Virus record (IMG/VR): IMGVR_UViG_3300049191_000067 | Span: 1,156-65,155 of that record | Length of the DNA stretch: 64,000 nucleotides | DNA from: a virus | Lineage: Duplodnaviria > Caudoviricetes | Direction: 5' to 3' (one strand) | In this document: piece after piece, positions 28,013 to 36,473 of the stretch | Position numbering within the stretch: the stretch's first letter is position 1 | Layout: the number at the start of each line of letters is the position of its first letter | Translations under genes and position numbers: made by a program | Notes under the pieces: generated by a model | Databases searched by the model: none | Told to the model about the DNA's origin: nothing | The model's input: only the letters and a program-made list of their open reading frames with translations

Positions 28013-28086
28013 TCGTGGCGCACTCTGGATTCGAACCAGAACGGAGGCGGTTTACAGCCGCGCCGACACAGCCAGCGCTGTGCGCC
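28013..28086 (-). tRNA. Atypical tRNA-Tyr(GTA)-like element
   Basis: 7-bp acceptor GGCGCAC/GTGCGCC, TCTGG-TTCGAAT-CCAGA T-arm, CT-GTA-AA loop; irregular D-arm, short variable loop, no encoded CCA. Confidence 0.7.
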
Positions 28087-28159
28087 GTGGGAGACCCGGC
28101 CCGGCTAGCGGACTGGGTGGGTGAGAACGCGCGTCCTACAGAGACAGTTCGCGCACGTT

Positions 28160-28192
28160 ACTAGCTTCAGGGTGGACAAGGGTCCGTGTCAA
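28160..28192 (-). promoter_or_regulatory. Candidate late promoter
   Basis: Minus-strand TTGACA at 28192-28187; -10 element non-consensus. Confidence 0.35.
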
Positions 28193-28398
28193 CTCGCCAC
28201 GCCGATTGGCGGGAACAGCACTCGTGCGCATTCGTCGCGGTCGTACATCGCCCGGCCCTTGTAGGACCCGACCGCCGTGCAGCGGCGCTGCACGGTCCGG
28301 ACGGATACTTCGGCCCACGCCGCGAGGGCATAGCGATCCATGAGACAGCCGTCGTCCTCGTAGAGCACGTGGAACTCGTCCGGCCATCCCTGCTGCAT
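28189..28398 (-). CDS. Small HTH-like protein
   Basis: LAAWAEVSVRTVQRRC. Confidence 0.5.
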   Translation of the reverse strand: MQQGWPDEFHVLYEDDGCLMDRYALAAWAEVSVRTVQRRCTAVGSYKGRAMYDRDECARVLFPPIGVAS

Positions 28399-28412
28399 GG
28401 CGCCATGGTAGA

Positions 28413-29213
28413 TCAGGCCGCCGAGCCGTCGTCCGACTTGGTGGTCAACGTCTGCCCGAGCAGGAGCCACCGTCTGCGGTCCCACTCCTCCTTGCATCCC
28501 CGGCACTTGATGACGTCGCCCTCGACCGGGGCCCAGAGGGGCGTCTTGCACTCGACCCACTCGTCGTCTCGCTCGACCATCACCTTGCAGGTGCCGACCT
28601 GGCGGGGCTTGTGGATGCCGTTGAAGTCCCGCAGCTCACCGCGGACCTCCCTCAGCTCCTTCCACATGTCGTCCACCCACGGTTGGCGGGTGATGAAGTC
28701 CAGGCGCTTGACGAGCAGCCTCACCTCGCTGGTGACCGTCGCGCAGGTCGCTGGCGGTGTCATCCCGACGTCCTCGCGGACCATCCGAGCCCACGACTCC
28801 AAGACGACGAGGGGATTGTGGTAGCGGGAGTCCTCCGTCCACGTGGTGCGCTTGTCGGTGAGGACGATGGTGGTGTCGTTGGCCGGTGACCGTGAGCCGA
28901 AACCGGGGGCTCGGCGGGCGCCGTCCGACACCTGCGGGAGCAGGGCGCCTGGAGCGGCGACGGTGGCGTACAGGGTCAGGATCTCGCCGAGGCATTCCCG
29001 GATCAGGTCCACGCACCGGTCGCAAGTGACGTAACCGGCAGTGGCGCGACGGGGCGGGTTCTTTGTGCACGTGACGCACTGGACCCGCTTCTCGACACTG
29101 CCGGCTTTCGAGTCGGGGTGCAGGTAGCCGCATCCCCCGTCAACGGAGCACGTGGCGTAGGCACCCATGCCGTGGCACTGGCACACACATGACAGCGCGT
29201 TGTGGTCCGTCAT
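28413..29213 (-). CDS. Zn-binding putative late transcription regulator
   Basis: Multiple CxxC pairs; last large gene before the late operon. Confidence 0.5.
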   Translation of the reverse strand: MTDHNALSCVCQCHGMGAYATCSVDGGCGYLHPDSKAGSVEKRVQCVTCTKNPPRRATAGYVTCDRCVDLIRECLGEILTLYATVAAPGALLPQVSDGARRAPGFGSRSPANDTTIVLTDKRTTWTEDSRYHNPLVVLESWARMVREDVGMTPPATCATVTSEVRLLVKRLDFITRQPWVDDMWKELREVRGELRDFNGIHKPRQVGTCKVMVERDDEWVECKTPLWAPVEGDVIKCRGCKEEWDRRRWLLLGQTLTTKSDDGSAA

Positions 29214-29446
29214 CGGGTCTCCGCTCTGCGGGGTGGGGTCCGGGGAGGACGTCCTCGGCGGCTCTCGGCCCACCGCCGCAGTCGCGCGACCTCAGCCTCC
29301 GTGTGATGGCTGCGCTTGGTTTCGCACGGCCACTGCTGCAGGCATACAGCGCACTGGACGAAGATCGGCCACCAGTCCCCACAGCACGTCTCAGGGTCCG
29401 GGCAGTAGAAGTACTTCGGGTGGTGCTGGGTCTCCTGGGAGGTCAT
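29210..29446 (-). CDS. Small Cys-rich hypothetical protein
   Basis: CAVCLQQWPC. Confidence 0.5.
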   Translation of the reverse strand: MTSQETQHHPKYFYCPDPETCCGDWWPIFVQCAVCLQQWPCETKRSHHTEAEVARLRRWAESRRGRPPRTPPRRAETR

Positions 29447-29802
29447 GGGGACTCCATCCGATCCGAGATGAACCTCCACACCGGGCACGGCCAGGCTTCC
29501 GGCACGTCGTCGCCGTCGATCTCGCCGGGCGATCGGGGGCATTCAGGGCAGTCGGCCCACAGCCCGTCGCGGTCGGGCCGGTGGGCCTCGATCAGCGCCC
29601 GCAGGATCGGATGTGGCGCGTGCTCCAAAAGCCAGGCGTGCCGCTCACGTAAGGCCTTGTCTTCGGCAGCGTGCTCGGCCTCAGAAGCCCGGATTCGCTC
29701 TTCCTCCTCCGGCGTCCACTGGTACCTCTCAACCCCGCTTATGGGCAGGAAGTAGGACAGTTTGCGGATTCCCGCGGAGGGCTGCGGGTCAGGTGTCAGC
29801 AT
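29443..29802 (-). CDS. Hypothetical protein, paralog of 58966-59427
   Basis: PILRALIEAH...CPEC...WPCPVWRFISDR. Confidence 0.6.
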   Translation of the reverse strand: MLTPDPQPSAGIRKLSYFLPISGVERYQWTPEEEERIRASEAEHAAEDKALRERHAWLLEHAPHPILRALIEAHRPDRDGLWADCPECPRSPGEIDGDDVPEAWPCPVWRFISDRMESP

Positions 29803-30275
29803 GTGGGGCCTCCGGGTGCTGCCGACCGGCCGAGCATCGACGCGAACTGTGCCGTGTACTCCGCCATCTGCGCAGCCCGAGCGGCGTCGTACTCCTCGTC
29901 CTCGACCTTGGACAGCGCCGGGTAGAGGTCCGGGAACTTCTCGGCGCACCGACGGGCCAGGACCCAGATCTCCGGGTCCATTGGGAACGGGTCCGGCTCA
30001 CCGCGGGGCGGACTCCAGCCGGCCCAGCGGGTGCCCTGGACGAAGCCGGCCACGGCGGCCTCGCGGACCAGTTTGGCGGTGCGCTTGCCGAGCCTCATGA
30101 GGGCCCCCTCGTACTCGCTGGCGACCTGCCATACGGTGACGGTCAGGCCGAGGTCGGACCGGTCGGCGTCGACGTGCTGGCGAGCGGCGTCCTCGTTGTC
30201 GTAGATCGCGATCACCTCGGGCGGCACGTAATTGCTCACGGTCACCGCCCACACCAACGTCGGCTGGTTGGTCAT
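29796..30275 (-). CDS. Hypothetical protein
   Basis: Coupled ORF MTNQPTLVWAV... Confidence 0.55.
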   Translation of the reverse strand: MTNQPTLVWAVTVSNYVPPEVIAIYDNEDAARQHVDADRSDLGLTVTVWQVASEYEGALMRLGKRTAKLVREAAVAGFVQGTRWAGWSPPRGEPDPFPMDPEIWVLARRCAEKFPDLYPALSKVEDEEYDAARAAQMAEYTAQFASMLGRSAAPGGPTC

Positions 30276-30439
30276 GGCTCCCTCCATACGAGACCACGGT
30301 CGCAGTACCAGCAGCGGCCGAACTCGTCCAGCTCGGCTTGACAGCGCGAGCACTCGTCGAGTTCGAGGATGCAGCGCGGGCAGTCGCCGTCCTCGTCGAG
30401 CGCCTCGCCGCACATGCATTCCCAGGCGGGGACCGTCAC
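30272..30439 (-). CDS. Small multi-CxxC Zn-finger protein
   Basis: CMC, CPRC, CSRC, CWYC. Confidence 0.5.
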   Translation of the reverse strand: MTVPAWECMCGEALDEDGDCPRCILELDECSRCQAELDEFGRCWYCDRGLVWREP

Positions 30440-30639
30440 GCCGCCTCTCCCTTCCCCAGCCCGTCCGTCGCAGTCAACCCAAGGATCTCCAGCAGTTCGG
30501 CACAGTCCCCAACGTCCACGGCGTTGGAGGCGACCGCCCGTGCAGCCAGCCGGCGTTGCCACGGTGCGCTGCCTCGGGCTGCTCCCGTGTTGCGGCCGCG
30601 GTCGTGCACGTGGCCGGTCGTTATGCGGTGATTACCCAT
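30436..30639 (-). CDS. Small hypothetical protein
   Basis: AELLEILGL motif; coupled ORF. Confidence 0.5.
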   Translation of the reverse strand: MGNHRITTGHVHDRGRNTGAARGSAPWQRRLAARAVASNAVDVGDCAELLEILGLTATDGLGKGEAA

Positions 30640-31048
30640 CTGAGGGCTCCTCGGTGAGGCCGGCCGACAGGATCTGCAGCGCATCCCGGAGTGCCGCCCG
30701 CCGCACCCTGAACGCCTCCGCCAGCCTGGCTTGTCCCTGCTCCGCAGCTGCAGAGCCGGCCTCCTCGGCGCTGCGGAGGCGTCCGATCAACTCGCGGACT
30801 GCCTCCACCAGTCGGAGCACAGCCTGGGGGTCCCAGCGGGCGATGTGGCGAGCGTCCGCCGGCAGCATGGTCTTGACCTCGCCCCAGACGTCGCCGACGT
30901 AGCGCGCTACGTACTCCCCGCTTCGGTTCGATGGGACGACATCCACTGCATCGCCGTCGAACTCCCACGGCCCGTCTGTGGCTTCGCGGGCTACCCGCTC
31001 TAGCTCGTCTAGGGTCTCCGACAAGCGGGAGACAAGATCACACGGCAT
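30632..31048 (-). CDS. Ead/Ea22-like protein
   Basis: AREATDGPW...DARHIARWDP. Confidence 0.6.
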   Translation of the reverse strand: MPCDLVSRLSETLDELERVAREATDGPWEFDGDAVDVVPSNRSGEYVARYVGDVWGEVKTMLPADARHIARWDPQAVLRLVEAVRELIGRLRSAEEAGSAAAEQGQARLAEAFRVRRAALRDALQILSAGLTEEPSDG

Positions 31049-31289
31049 CGGCGGTCTCCGAGCTGATTCCGAGCTCGAAGGCGATGCCTTGCCGCGCCCT
31101 GTCGAGGGCCCGATTCCAAGCACGCCGTTGAGCGTCATCGACCAGATGCCCGGTAGGACGCGTGAGGTCATAGCGGGGAACGTCCAGAACGGCTCGGAGG
31201 GCCTCGATGGTTTCGGCGTTACAGTCGGAGTCGACGCACGCATCGTGCTCGTCGAGCCAGGCCCTGATTTTCTGGTCCAGTGTGGTCAC
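31038..31289 (-). CDS. Hypothetical protein
   Basis: GTGA-coupled to SARP stop. Confidence 0.5.
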   Translation of the reverse strand: MTTLDQKIRAWLDEHDACVDSDCNAETIEALRAVLDVPRYDLTRPTGHLVDDAQRRAWNRALDRARQGIAFELGISSETADAV

Positions 31290-32077
31290 TTCGCCTCCAA
31301 CTCCAACGCCGGGCCCCCCGCCAGGATCTGCTGCTCCAACCGTTGCAACTCCCGGCACGGCCGCAGCCCCTGCTCCTCGATCAGCGCCCGCCGCACCGTC
31401 CGGAACACCGCCAACGCCTCCACCTGCCGACCCGAGCGGTACAGCGCGGTCATCAGCAGTTGGGCCACATGTTCCGCGGTCCAGTCCTCCCGCAGCGCCG
31501 CCCGCAGTTCGTCCAGGATGTCCCGGTGGCGGCCCAGGCGCAGGGCGATCTCCCAGCCCGCCTCCCGGGCCGCCCGATACCTGTCTTCGATTCCCGCTGC
31601 CCAGCGGTACAGCACCGGTCCGTGCTCGACGTCGCCCAGCGCTGGCCCTCGCCACAGCGACTTGGCGGCCAGCAAGGCGTCCTCGGCGGCCAGGAAGTTC
31701 CCCGAGGCAAAATCCCGTTTGGCTGCCTGCACGAACGTTTCGAACCGCACCGCGTCAACCTGCATCGGGTCAATCAGCAACGCATAGCCCCTCGGCATGC
31801 GCGCGACCTCGACCTGGTTGTCACGCCGGAGGTGATACACGTAGGTCTCGACTGACAGCCGTGGCTTCTTGATCCGCGACGGGTCTAGCCACAGTTCGTC
31901 AATCAGGGTCTCGACCGTGACCTGCTGGCCGGGGCGTGAAGCGAGAACGGCAAGCAGCTGGCGGGGCTTGGTCGCAGTGGGCACACGCCAGCCGGCAATC
32001 TCCAGTGGCCCTAGTAGCCGAATCAGCGGGGCTGTCGGGGCGTAGTCGGGGGCTACGGTGATCGGCTGGGCGGTCAT
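31286..32077 (-). CDS. SARP (AfsR/DnrI family) transcriptional activator: wHTH + BTAD
   Basis: RLLGPLEI; LIDELW; VDAVRFE; LWRGPALGD; LMTALYRSGRQVEALAVF; GLRPCRELQRL. Confidence 0.93.
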   Translation of the reverse strand: MTAQPITVAPDYAPTAPLIRLLGPLEIAGWRVPTATKPRQLLAVLASRPGQQVTVETLIDELWLDPSRIKKPRLSVETYVYHLRRDNQVEVARMPRGYALLIDPMQVDAVRFETFVQAAKRDFASGNFLAAEDALLAAKSLWRGPALGDVEHGPVLYRWAAGIEDRYRAAREAGWEIALRLGRHRDILDELRAALREDWTAEHVAQLLMTALYRSGRQVEALAVFRTVRRALIEEQGLRPCRELQRLEQQILAGGPALELEAK

Positions 32078-32391
32078 GGCCGACCCCCGAACACGTCCAG
32101 CACAATCTCCGCGCAGTACAAGGCGAACTTCGGGTGGTAGTCCACATGGCCCACGGCCAGACCCTCGGCGCGCTCGACCAGTTCAACGGGCACCGCGGGC
32201 TTGCCGACCTCGGCCCGCGCCGCGTTCACCGCCTCGTGCATCGCTGCCCGCTCGAAGAGCACCCACCCTATTTCGGGGCCGTCGGGTGTGTCGACCAGGT
32301 CCTCCCGCTGGTTCCGCTGCTCCATGGCGGCAGCCAGGACCGCGCGGAACCTGTCCCGCAGAGCGAGGCGCTGTTGCACGGTGGCGGTCAT
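32074..32391 (-). CDS. Hypothetical protein
   Basis: Coupled ORF; AVGHVDYHPKFALYCAE. Confidence 0.55.
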   Translation of the reverse strand: MTATVQQRLALRDRFRAVLAAAMEQRNQREDLVDTPDGPEIGWVLFERAAMHEAVNAARAEVGKPAVPVELVERAEGLAVGHVDYHPKFALYCAEIVLDVFGGRP

Positions 32392-32621
32392 CTTCGGGCC
32401 TCCTTGACCCACTTCCGGACGTGCCACTCACACCCCGACATCAACCCCACCCCGTTGCACATGCCCACGTGGGTGGCGGCGGGCCGCGGTCGGGGGCACG
32501 TCGAGCAGCGGTGGCGCCGATTAATCGCCGGCTCCATGTACCGCCGGTGCTCCCCGGCGTTGGCGTACACACCCCAGTCGCCCCGACTGGAGAGGATGGC
32601 TTGGGTGCGGCGGTCGGTCAT
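32388..32621 (-). CDS. Small Cys-containing hypothetical protein
   Basis: ATGA overlaps on both sides. Confidence 0.55.
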   Translation of the reverse strand: MTDRRTQAILSSRGDWGVYANAGEHRRYMEPAINRRHRCSTCPRPRPAATHVGMCNGVGLMSGCEWHVRKWVKEARR

Positions 32622-33522
32622 GACTCACCTCTAGCCTGGGTTAGGACCCGACGGGCGTCCTGGGTGTAGCTGCCTCCGAGGAACGAGGACTTCCACAACC
32701 ATCGCCAGGCGCGGTCGAACTCCTCAGGTGTCAGGCTCACCTGTGCCGACTCCAGCGCATCCCGCATGAGCTGCTGCCAGCCTGCAATGACCGATCCGCC
32801 GTCGTACGGACGCTGGGCGTGCTCACGGATCGCTGCGGCAAGGCTATGGACCTCGTCCTGGTTGGTCATCGGGTCCACAGGTCCGATCTGACCATCAGCT
32901 TCTGGGCGAGCCTCGCGATGACCACCACCGCCTGCTGGTCAGTCAGGCGGATGTTGCGGACCGACCCGCCGGGGGTGACCGCCCGGATCACCACCGTCTG
33001 GCCGCCGTCGTCGGTCTCAACGCCGATGAACCGCATCTCTTGGTTGGTCATGTCGGCTCCCCGTGTCGAGCCGTCCACTCGGCGAGCCAGGTGTGGTCGT
33101 CGTTGATGCGGACCAGCCCCCGCTCTACGGCCGCCAGCATCTTGTGTCTCAGCGGGGTGTAGTTCAGGCTCACGACCCCTCCCTCACCATCTCGGCCAAC
33201 AGGTGGATGTACGGGCCCGGGTTGTACGGCATCAACCCGGCACGGTGCTCATCCCCCAAAGCGTCGAGAACGGCGGCGACCACGGCGCGTGGTCCGTTGG
33301 TGGTCTCCCGCTCGGCTGCGTCAACCAGTTGGCGGGCGAGGCTCTCGGAGTGGGTCATCTGCCCTCCTGGCGGTTCTTGAGTTCGGCGATCCACCGCGCC
33401 AGGTTGCTGACGACTGCGGCGGAGCGCCCTGCTTGCTTGGCACTCGGTGCGGCGATCAGCTTCTCAACTTCCGCTCGCAAGTCGGCTGCTGCGTCTACGA
33501 GGGACTGGGCAAGAGTGGCCAT
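32618..33522 (-). CDS. Run of five small coupled hypothetical ORFs (32618-32878, 32866-33051, 33048-33173, 33170-33358, 33355-33522)
   Basis: Each start overlaps the previous stop; two translated manually. Confidence 0.5.
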
Positions 33523-33785
33523 CACTGGGCCTCCCCTCGAAGCTCGGTGGCACGGCGCCGGAGGTCTTCAACGTCAATCCCCCGCCACAGGTAGCCGTTC
33601 TCGTTGACGTTCACCGCCTCGTCCTCGATCAGCCGGTCAAGCTCGGCGGCCAGGATCAGCGGCGCGACCTCCGCTATCACCTCGGCTGCGATGTGCGCCG
33701 CAGCCTCCCGGTCGGACGGGTAGCGTCCCGCGATCTCGTCCGCTTTGTCGTACGCCAACTGCGGGATGGCCAGCTCGGTCGTCAT
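33522..33785 (-). CDS. Hypothetical protein, paralog of 57524-57790
   Basis: APLILAAELD...LRRRATELRGE. Confidence 0.55.
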   Translation of the reverse strand: MTTELAIPQLAYDKADEIAGRYPSDREAAAHIAAEVIAEVAPLILAAELDRLIEDEAVNVNENGYLWRGIDVEDLRRRATELRGEAQ

Positions 33786-33797
33786 GTCCCTGCCTCC

Positions 33798-34025
33798 TCA
33801 GCCCCGACTCGTCTCTAGCGGCACCGTGTCGACCCAGCCTGACTCGGCGTACGCCTCCATCGTGCGGGCGTGCCGCGTGCACGCAAGCGCCTCGAAGTAG
33901 GGGCGGCCGATGGGGTAACTGTCACGTCGGTAGCGCACGACCTTCGTGGCCGGCTGGGAGCAGGCGGGGGCACAGTCGTACATGGCCCCGGTGTCCCAAG
34001 TGCACGTTGAGGTCTTAGTGGTCAT
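33798..34025 (-). CDS. Small Cys-containing hypothetical protein
   Basis: MTTKTSTCTW...ACTRHA. Confidence 0.45.
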   Translation of the reverse strand: MTTKTSTCTWDTGAMYDCAPACSQPATKVVRYRRDSYPIGRPYFEALACTRHARTMEAYAESGWVDTVPLETSRG

Positions 34026-34030
34026 CGCTG

Positions 34031-34111
34031 TCACCGCCTGCCACACCCGGCGTGACCGCAGCCACCGCAGAACCCACCGCTGTTGCACTCGCAGCTACAT
34101 CCCGTGTTCAT
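34031..34111 (-). CDS. 26-aa Cys/Gly-rich micropeptide
   Basis: Manual translation MNTGCSCECNSGGFCGGCGHAGCGRR with upstream GGAGG. Confidence 0.55.
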   Translation of the reverse strand: MNTGCSCECNSGGFCGGCGHAGCGRR

Positions 34112-34139
34112 TGCCCCTGCCTCCATCGCAGATCAGCGG

Positions 34140-34418
34140 TCAGTGGTGAAACCGGCAGTCTCGTTTCATCGCTCGCGCAAACCGCAAGACCACCTGGTCG
34201 TGCGTCACGTCGGACTCCAGGTCGGACTCCCAAGCATCGAGCGCGGCGCGGAGCTCGGCGTTGCGCCGCTCCAGTTCGTCGCATATGACCGCCTTGGACA
34301 GCTTGACCGCATCCGAGCAACCGTCGCCGGCCGCAACCAGTGCGGCGTAGGAGTCGATGAGCACCCCATTCGTCTGCTGCGCGGTTTCAAACTTCATCTC
34401 GCTGACCGTGTCGCCCAT
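34140..34418 (-). CDS. Hypothetical protein
   Basis: 92 aa with GGAGG RBS. Confidence 0.55.
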   Translation of the reverse strand: MGDTVSEMKFETAQQTNGVLIDSYAALVAAGDGCSDAVKLSKAVICDELERRNAELRAALDAWESDLESDVTHDQVVLRFARAMKRDCRFHH

Positions 34419-34450
34419 CGGGGTCCTCCATCGCCGCCTGCCAGGCCCTT

Positions 34451-34518
34451 AGCCTATCAGGGTGGGTACCCACCCGCAAGCGCTTCTCTAGCGAAACTGG
34501 GTACCCACCCGATAGGCT
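34451..34518. promoter_or_regulatory. Symmetric divergent promoter/operator
   Basis: Near-perfect inverted repeat 34451-34472 / 34498-34518 with TAGGCT -10 on each strand; palindrome GGGTGGGTACCCACCC at 34460-34475. Confidence 0.7.
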
Positions 34519-34521
34519 TGC

Positions 34522-34761
34522 ATGGTGCCTTCTCCCGGCCACCGGAAGCTCACCGTGCGCCTCTCCGAAGAACTTCGGCAGGCGTTCCTCGCGGCATGTC
34601 CGCCAGCGGAGCGCGGTCGGGAGAGCGGCGGCGCCAAGGTCATCCACGACTTCGTGGCTTGGTACACCCACCAGCCCGGAGCGAAGATGCCCCGCCGTCC
34701 GTCCGTCGCTGCATGGAAGGGCCGACAGGCTAAAGGGGATCACGACGCAGCCTCCGAGTGA
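34522..34761 (+). CDS. Ribbon-helix-helix-like regulator (only plus-strand gene in the block)
   Basis: KLTVRLSEELRQAF...VIHDFVAWY...KMPRRP. Confidence 0.65.
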   Translation: MVPSPGHRKLTVRLSEELRQAFLAACPPAERGRESGGAKVIHDFVAWYTHQPGAKMPRRPSVAAWKGRQAKGDHDAASE

Positions 34762-35570
34762 TCGCTGAAGAGGTGCGCGAAGGGCTCGCGGTTGAACCAC
34801 AAGACCTCGGTGCGCTCCTCGCGAGTCCCGCCCTGTCCAGTAGTTGCCGGGATGCGGATCGCGGTCCATCCGCCGTACAACTCGTCGTAGAGGTCCGAGT
34901 CGTAGCCGGACAGCACGACGGTCGCGCGGCATTCGAACAAGGCCATGGCGAGCTTGCGGTGTTCCGCTTCGCTGGTCATTTCGTGTCGGTAGCCGCCGGA
35001 CACGCGCGTTGTGCCGAGGTAGGGCGGGTCAACATAGAGCAACACCTTGGAGCTGCGGCCGTAGCGTTCGATCACGTCCAGTGCTGGTTGGCATTCAAGG
35101 GACACTCCAGCCAACCGCGCGGCCGCAGGTGCAATCCGCGCAACGTAGCCCTCAAGATAGCCCGGCATTGACGTGACCGAGCCTGCCGGATCGACGTAGG
35201 ACCGCCACCCGGTCGGCTTCATCTGCCCCCCGCGGCCCTGGGACAGCAGCACCCACACCCTCCGGGCCCGCTCAAGGTCGCTCGCCGCCCCCTCCAAGTC
35301 GTATGCGGCCTGGTGCTCCGCGCGTCCGTGTGGGGTGAGCGCGCACGCGGCGGCCAGTTCGTCAGGCTGCTCGCGAAGAACCCGCCAGAACGTCATCAGG
35401 TCGCCGTCGAGGTCGTTCACCGTCTCCATGCGACTGCGGGGCTTGGCCAGCAGCACGGCGAGGCTTCCGCCGTACGGCTCCACGTAGTGCTCGTGGGGTG
35501 GCAGCAGGCCGGCAATCCGTGCGGCGAGGCGGGTCTTCCCGCCGAAGTAGGCGAAGGGCGGGGCGGTCAC
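34740..35570 (-). CDS. DNA adenine methyltransferase (Dam/D12 family)
   Basis: AYFGGK, YVEPYGG, VNDLD, LYVDPPY. Confidence 0.93.
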   Translation of the reverse strand: MTAPPFAYFGGKTRLAARIAGLLPPHEHYVEPYGGSLAVLLAKPRSRMETVNDLDGDLMTFWRVLREQPDELAAACALTPHGRAEHQAAYDLEGAASDLERARRVWVLLSQGRGGQMKPTGWRSYVDPAGSVTSMPGYLEGYVARIAPAAARLAGVSLECQPALDVIERYGRSSKVLLYVDPPYLGTTRVSGGYRHEMTSEAEHRKLAMALFECRATVVLSGYDSDLYDELYGGWTAIRIPATTGQGGTREERTEVLWFNREPFAHLFSDHSEAAS

Positions 35571-35800
35571 GACGGCTCCTCGGACACCAGCCGGTAGCCA
35601 GCAGCCAACGCCCGCTCAGCATGAACTCGGGCCACCCTCTGTCGGCAGTCCCGGTCCCACTGCTGCCCGAGGTTCTGCGCGGTGGCGCACGGCTCGAACG
35701 CCACTGGGTCCAGGATTCGCGCCAGAGCCTCCACGGCGGCCTCTCCGGTGCCTACGGGCCCGCTGGCGGCCGCGCTGGGCCGGCGCTCGGGGTAGTTCAT
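35567..35800 (-). CDS. Hypothetical protein
   Basis: Coupled ORF. Confidence 0.5.
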   Translation of the reverse strand: MNYPERRPSAAASGPVGTGEAAVEALARILDPVAFEPCATAQNLGQQWDRDCRQRVARVHAERALAAGYRLVSEEPS

Positions 35801-36204
35801 GCTCCACCGTCCAGCGCCGCCTGCAAGGTCGGCCAGTCTGGGTAGTGCTCCACCTGAGGCAGGGTGTGGAAGACGTGCTCCCGAGATCCGACGATGATCA
35901 GCCGCTTGTCCGATGCCACACCGATCCCAAATTCGGTGTGCCGACCTCCCTTACCTCCGCCACCCGTGAACGAGATCACCCAGTCGGCGGCGAGTACGTC
36001 AGCGGCGTCGTCCAGCGCATGGCCGCTGCACACCCAGGGCGTCTCGTTGAGCGTCTCCGCCGTCCACGACTGACCGAAAGACCCGCTGTCCCCGTGGCAG
36101 TCGATCCACCGTGAGGTGACCTTGTGGCCCCGCTCCTCCAGCCAGTCCCGCACCTCCCGCATCTCGGGGTGGCGGCTGTACCTCGCGGCCAGGTAGATCT
36201 TCAT
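35797..36204 (-). CDS. Nucleoside 2-deoxyribosyltransferase-like protein
   Basis: MKIYLAARYS...DAADVLAAD...GRHTEFGIG. Confidence 0.7.
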   Translation of the reverse strand: MKIYLAARYSRHPEMREVRDWLEERGHKVTSRWIDCHGDSGSFGQSWTAETLNETPWVCSGHALDDAADVLAADWVISFTGGGGKGGRHTEFGIGVASDKRLIIVGSREHVFHTLPQVEHYPDWPTLQAALDGGA

Positions 36205-36473
36205 GCGCTCTTCTCCAACCAACCGGACAACAGGGGCTGCGCTGCTTTCTCCCGGGCCTCACCGGACCGCACCAGCTCTGCTGCCGCGGCCGGTTTGAAG
36301 CCCGCCTTCACCAGCCGGGCCATCCACGCCACCATCTGGCACTGCACCCACGAGAAGTCCCGAGCGTGTCCTGTTCCTTCACCGCCGGTTGGGGTGACGT
36401 AGCCGGCGCGAACCCAGAAGTCCAACTGTCGGTAGGTGATGCCCGCGTGCTTGGCGAGTTCCGGGCCGGTCAC
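36201..36473 (-). CDS. MerR-family HTH regulator resembling Rv1830/McdR
   Basis: AGITYRQLDFWVRAGYVTP.GGEGTGHARDFS. Confidence 0.75.
   Translation of the reverse strand: MTGPELAKHAGITYRQLDFWVRAGYVTPTGGEGTGHARDFSWVQCQMVAWMARLVKAGFKPAAAAELVRSGEAREKAAQPLLSGWLEKSA

Noticed and set aside
28013-28086. tRNA-like element as the integration site
   Set aside because: It is full-length, far from int, flanked by phage genes on both sides, and no duplicate 3' half was seen.
28140-28200. SARP-type heptamer repeats at the candidate late promoter
   Set aside because: No convincing direct repeats at 11- or 22-bp spacing found.
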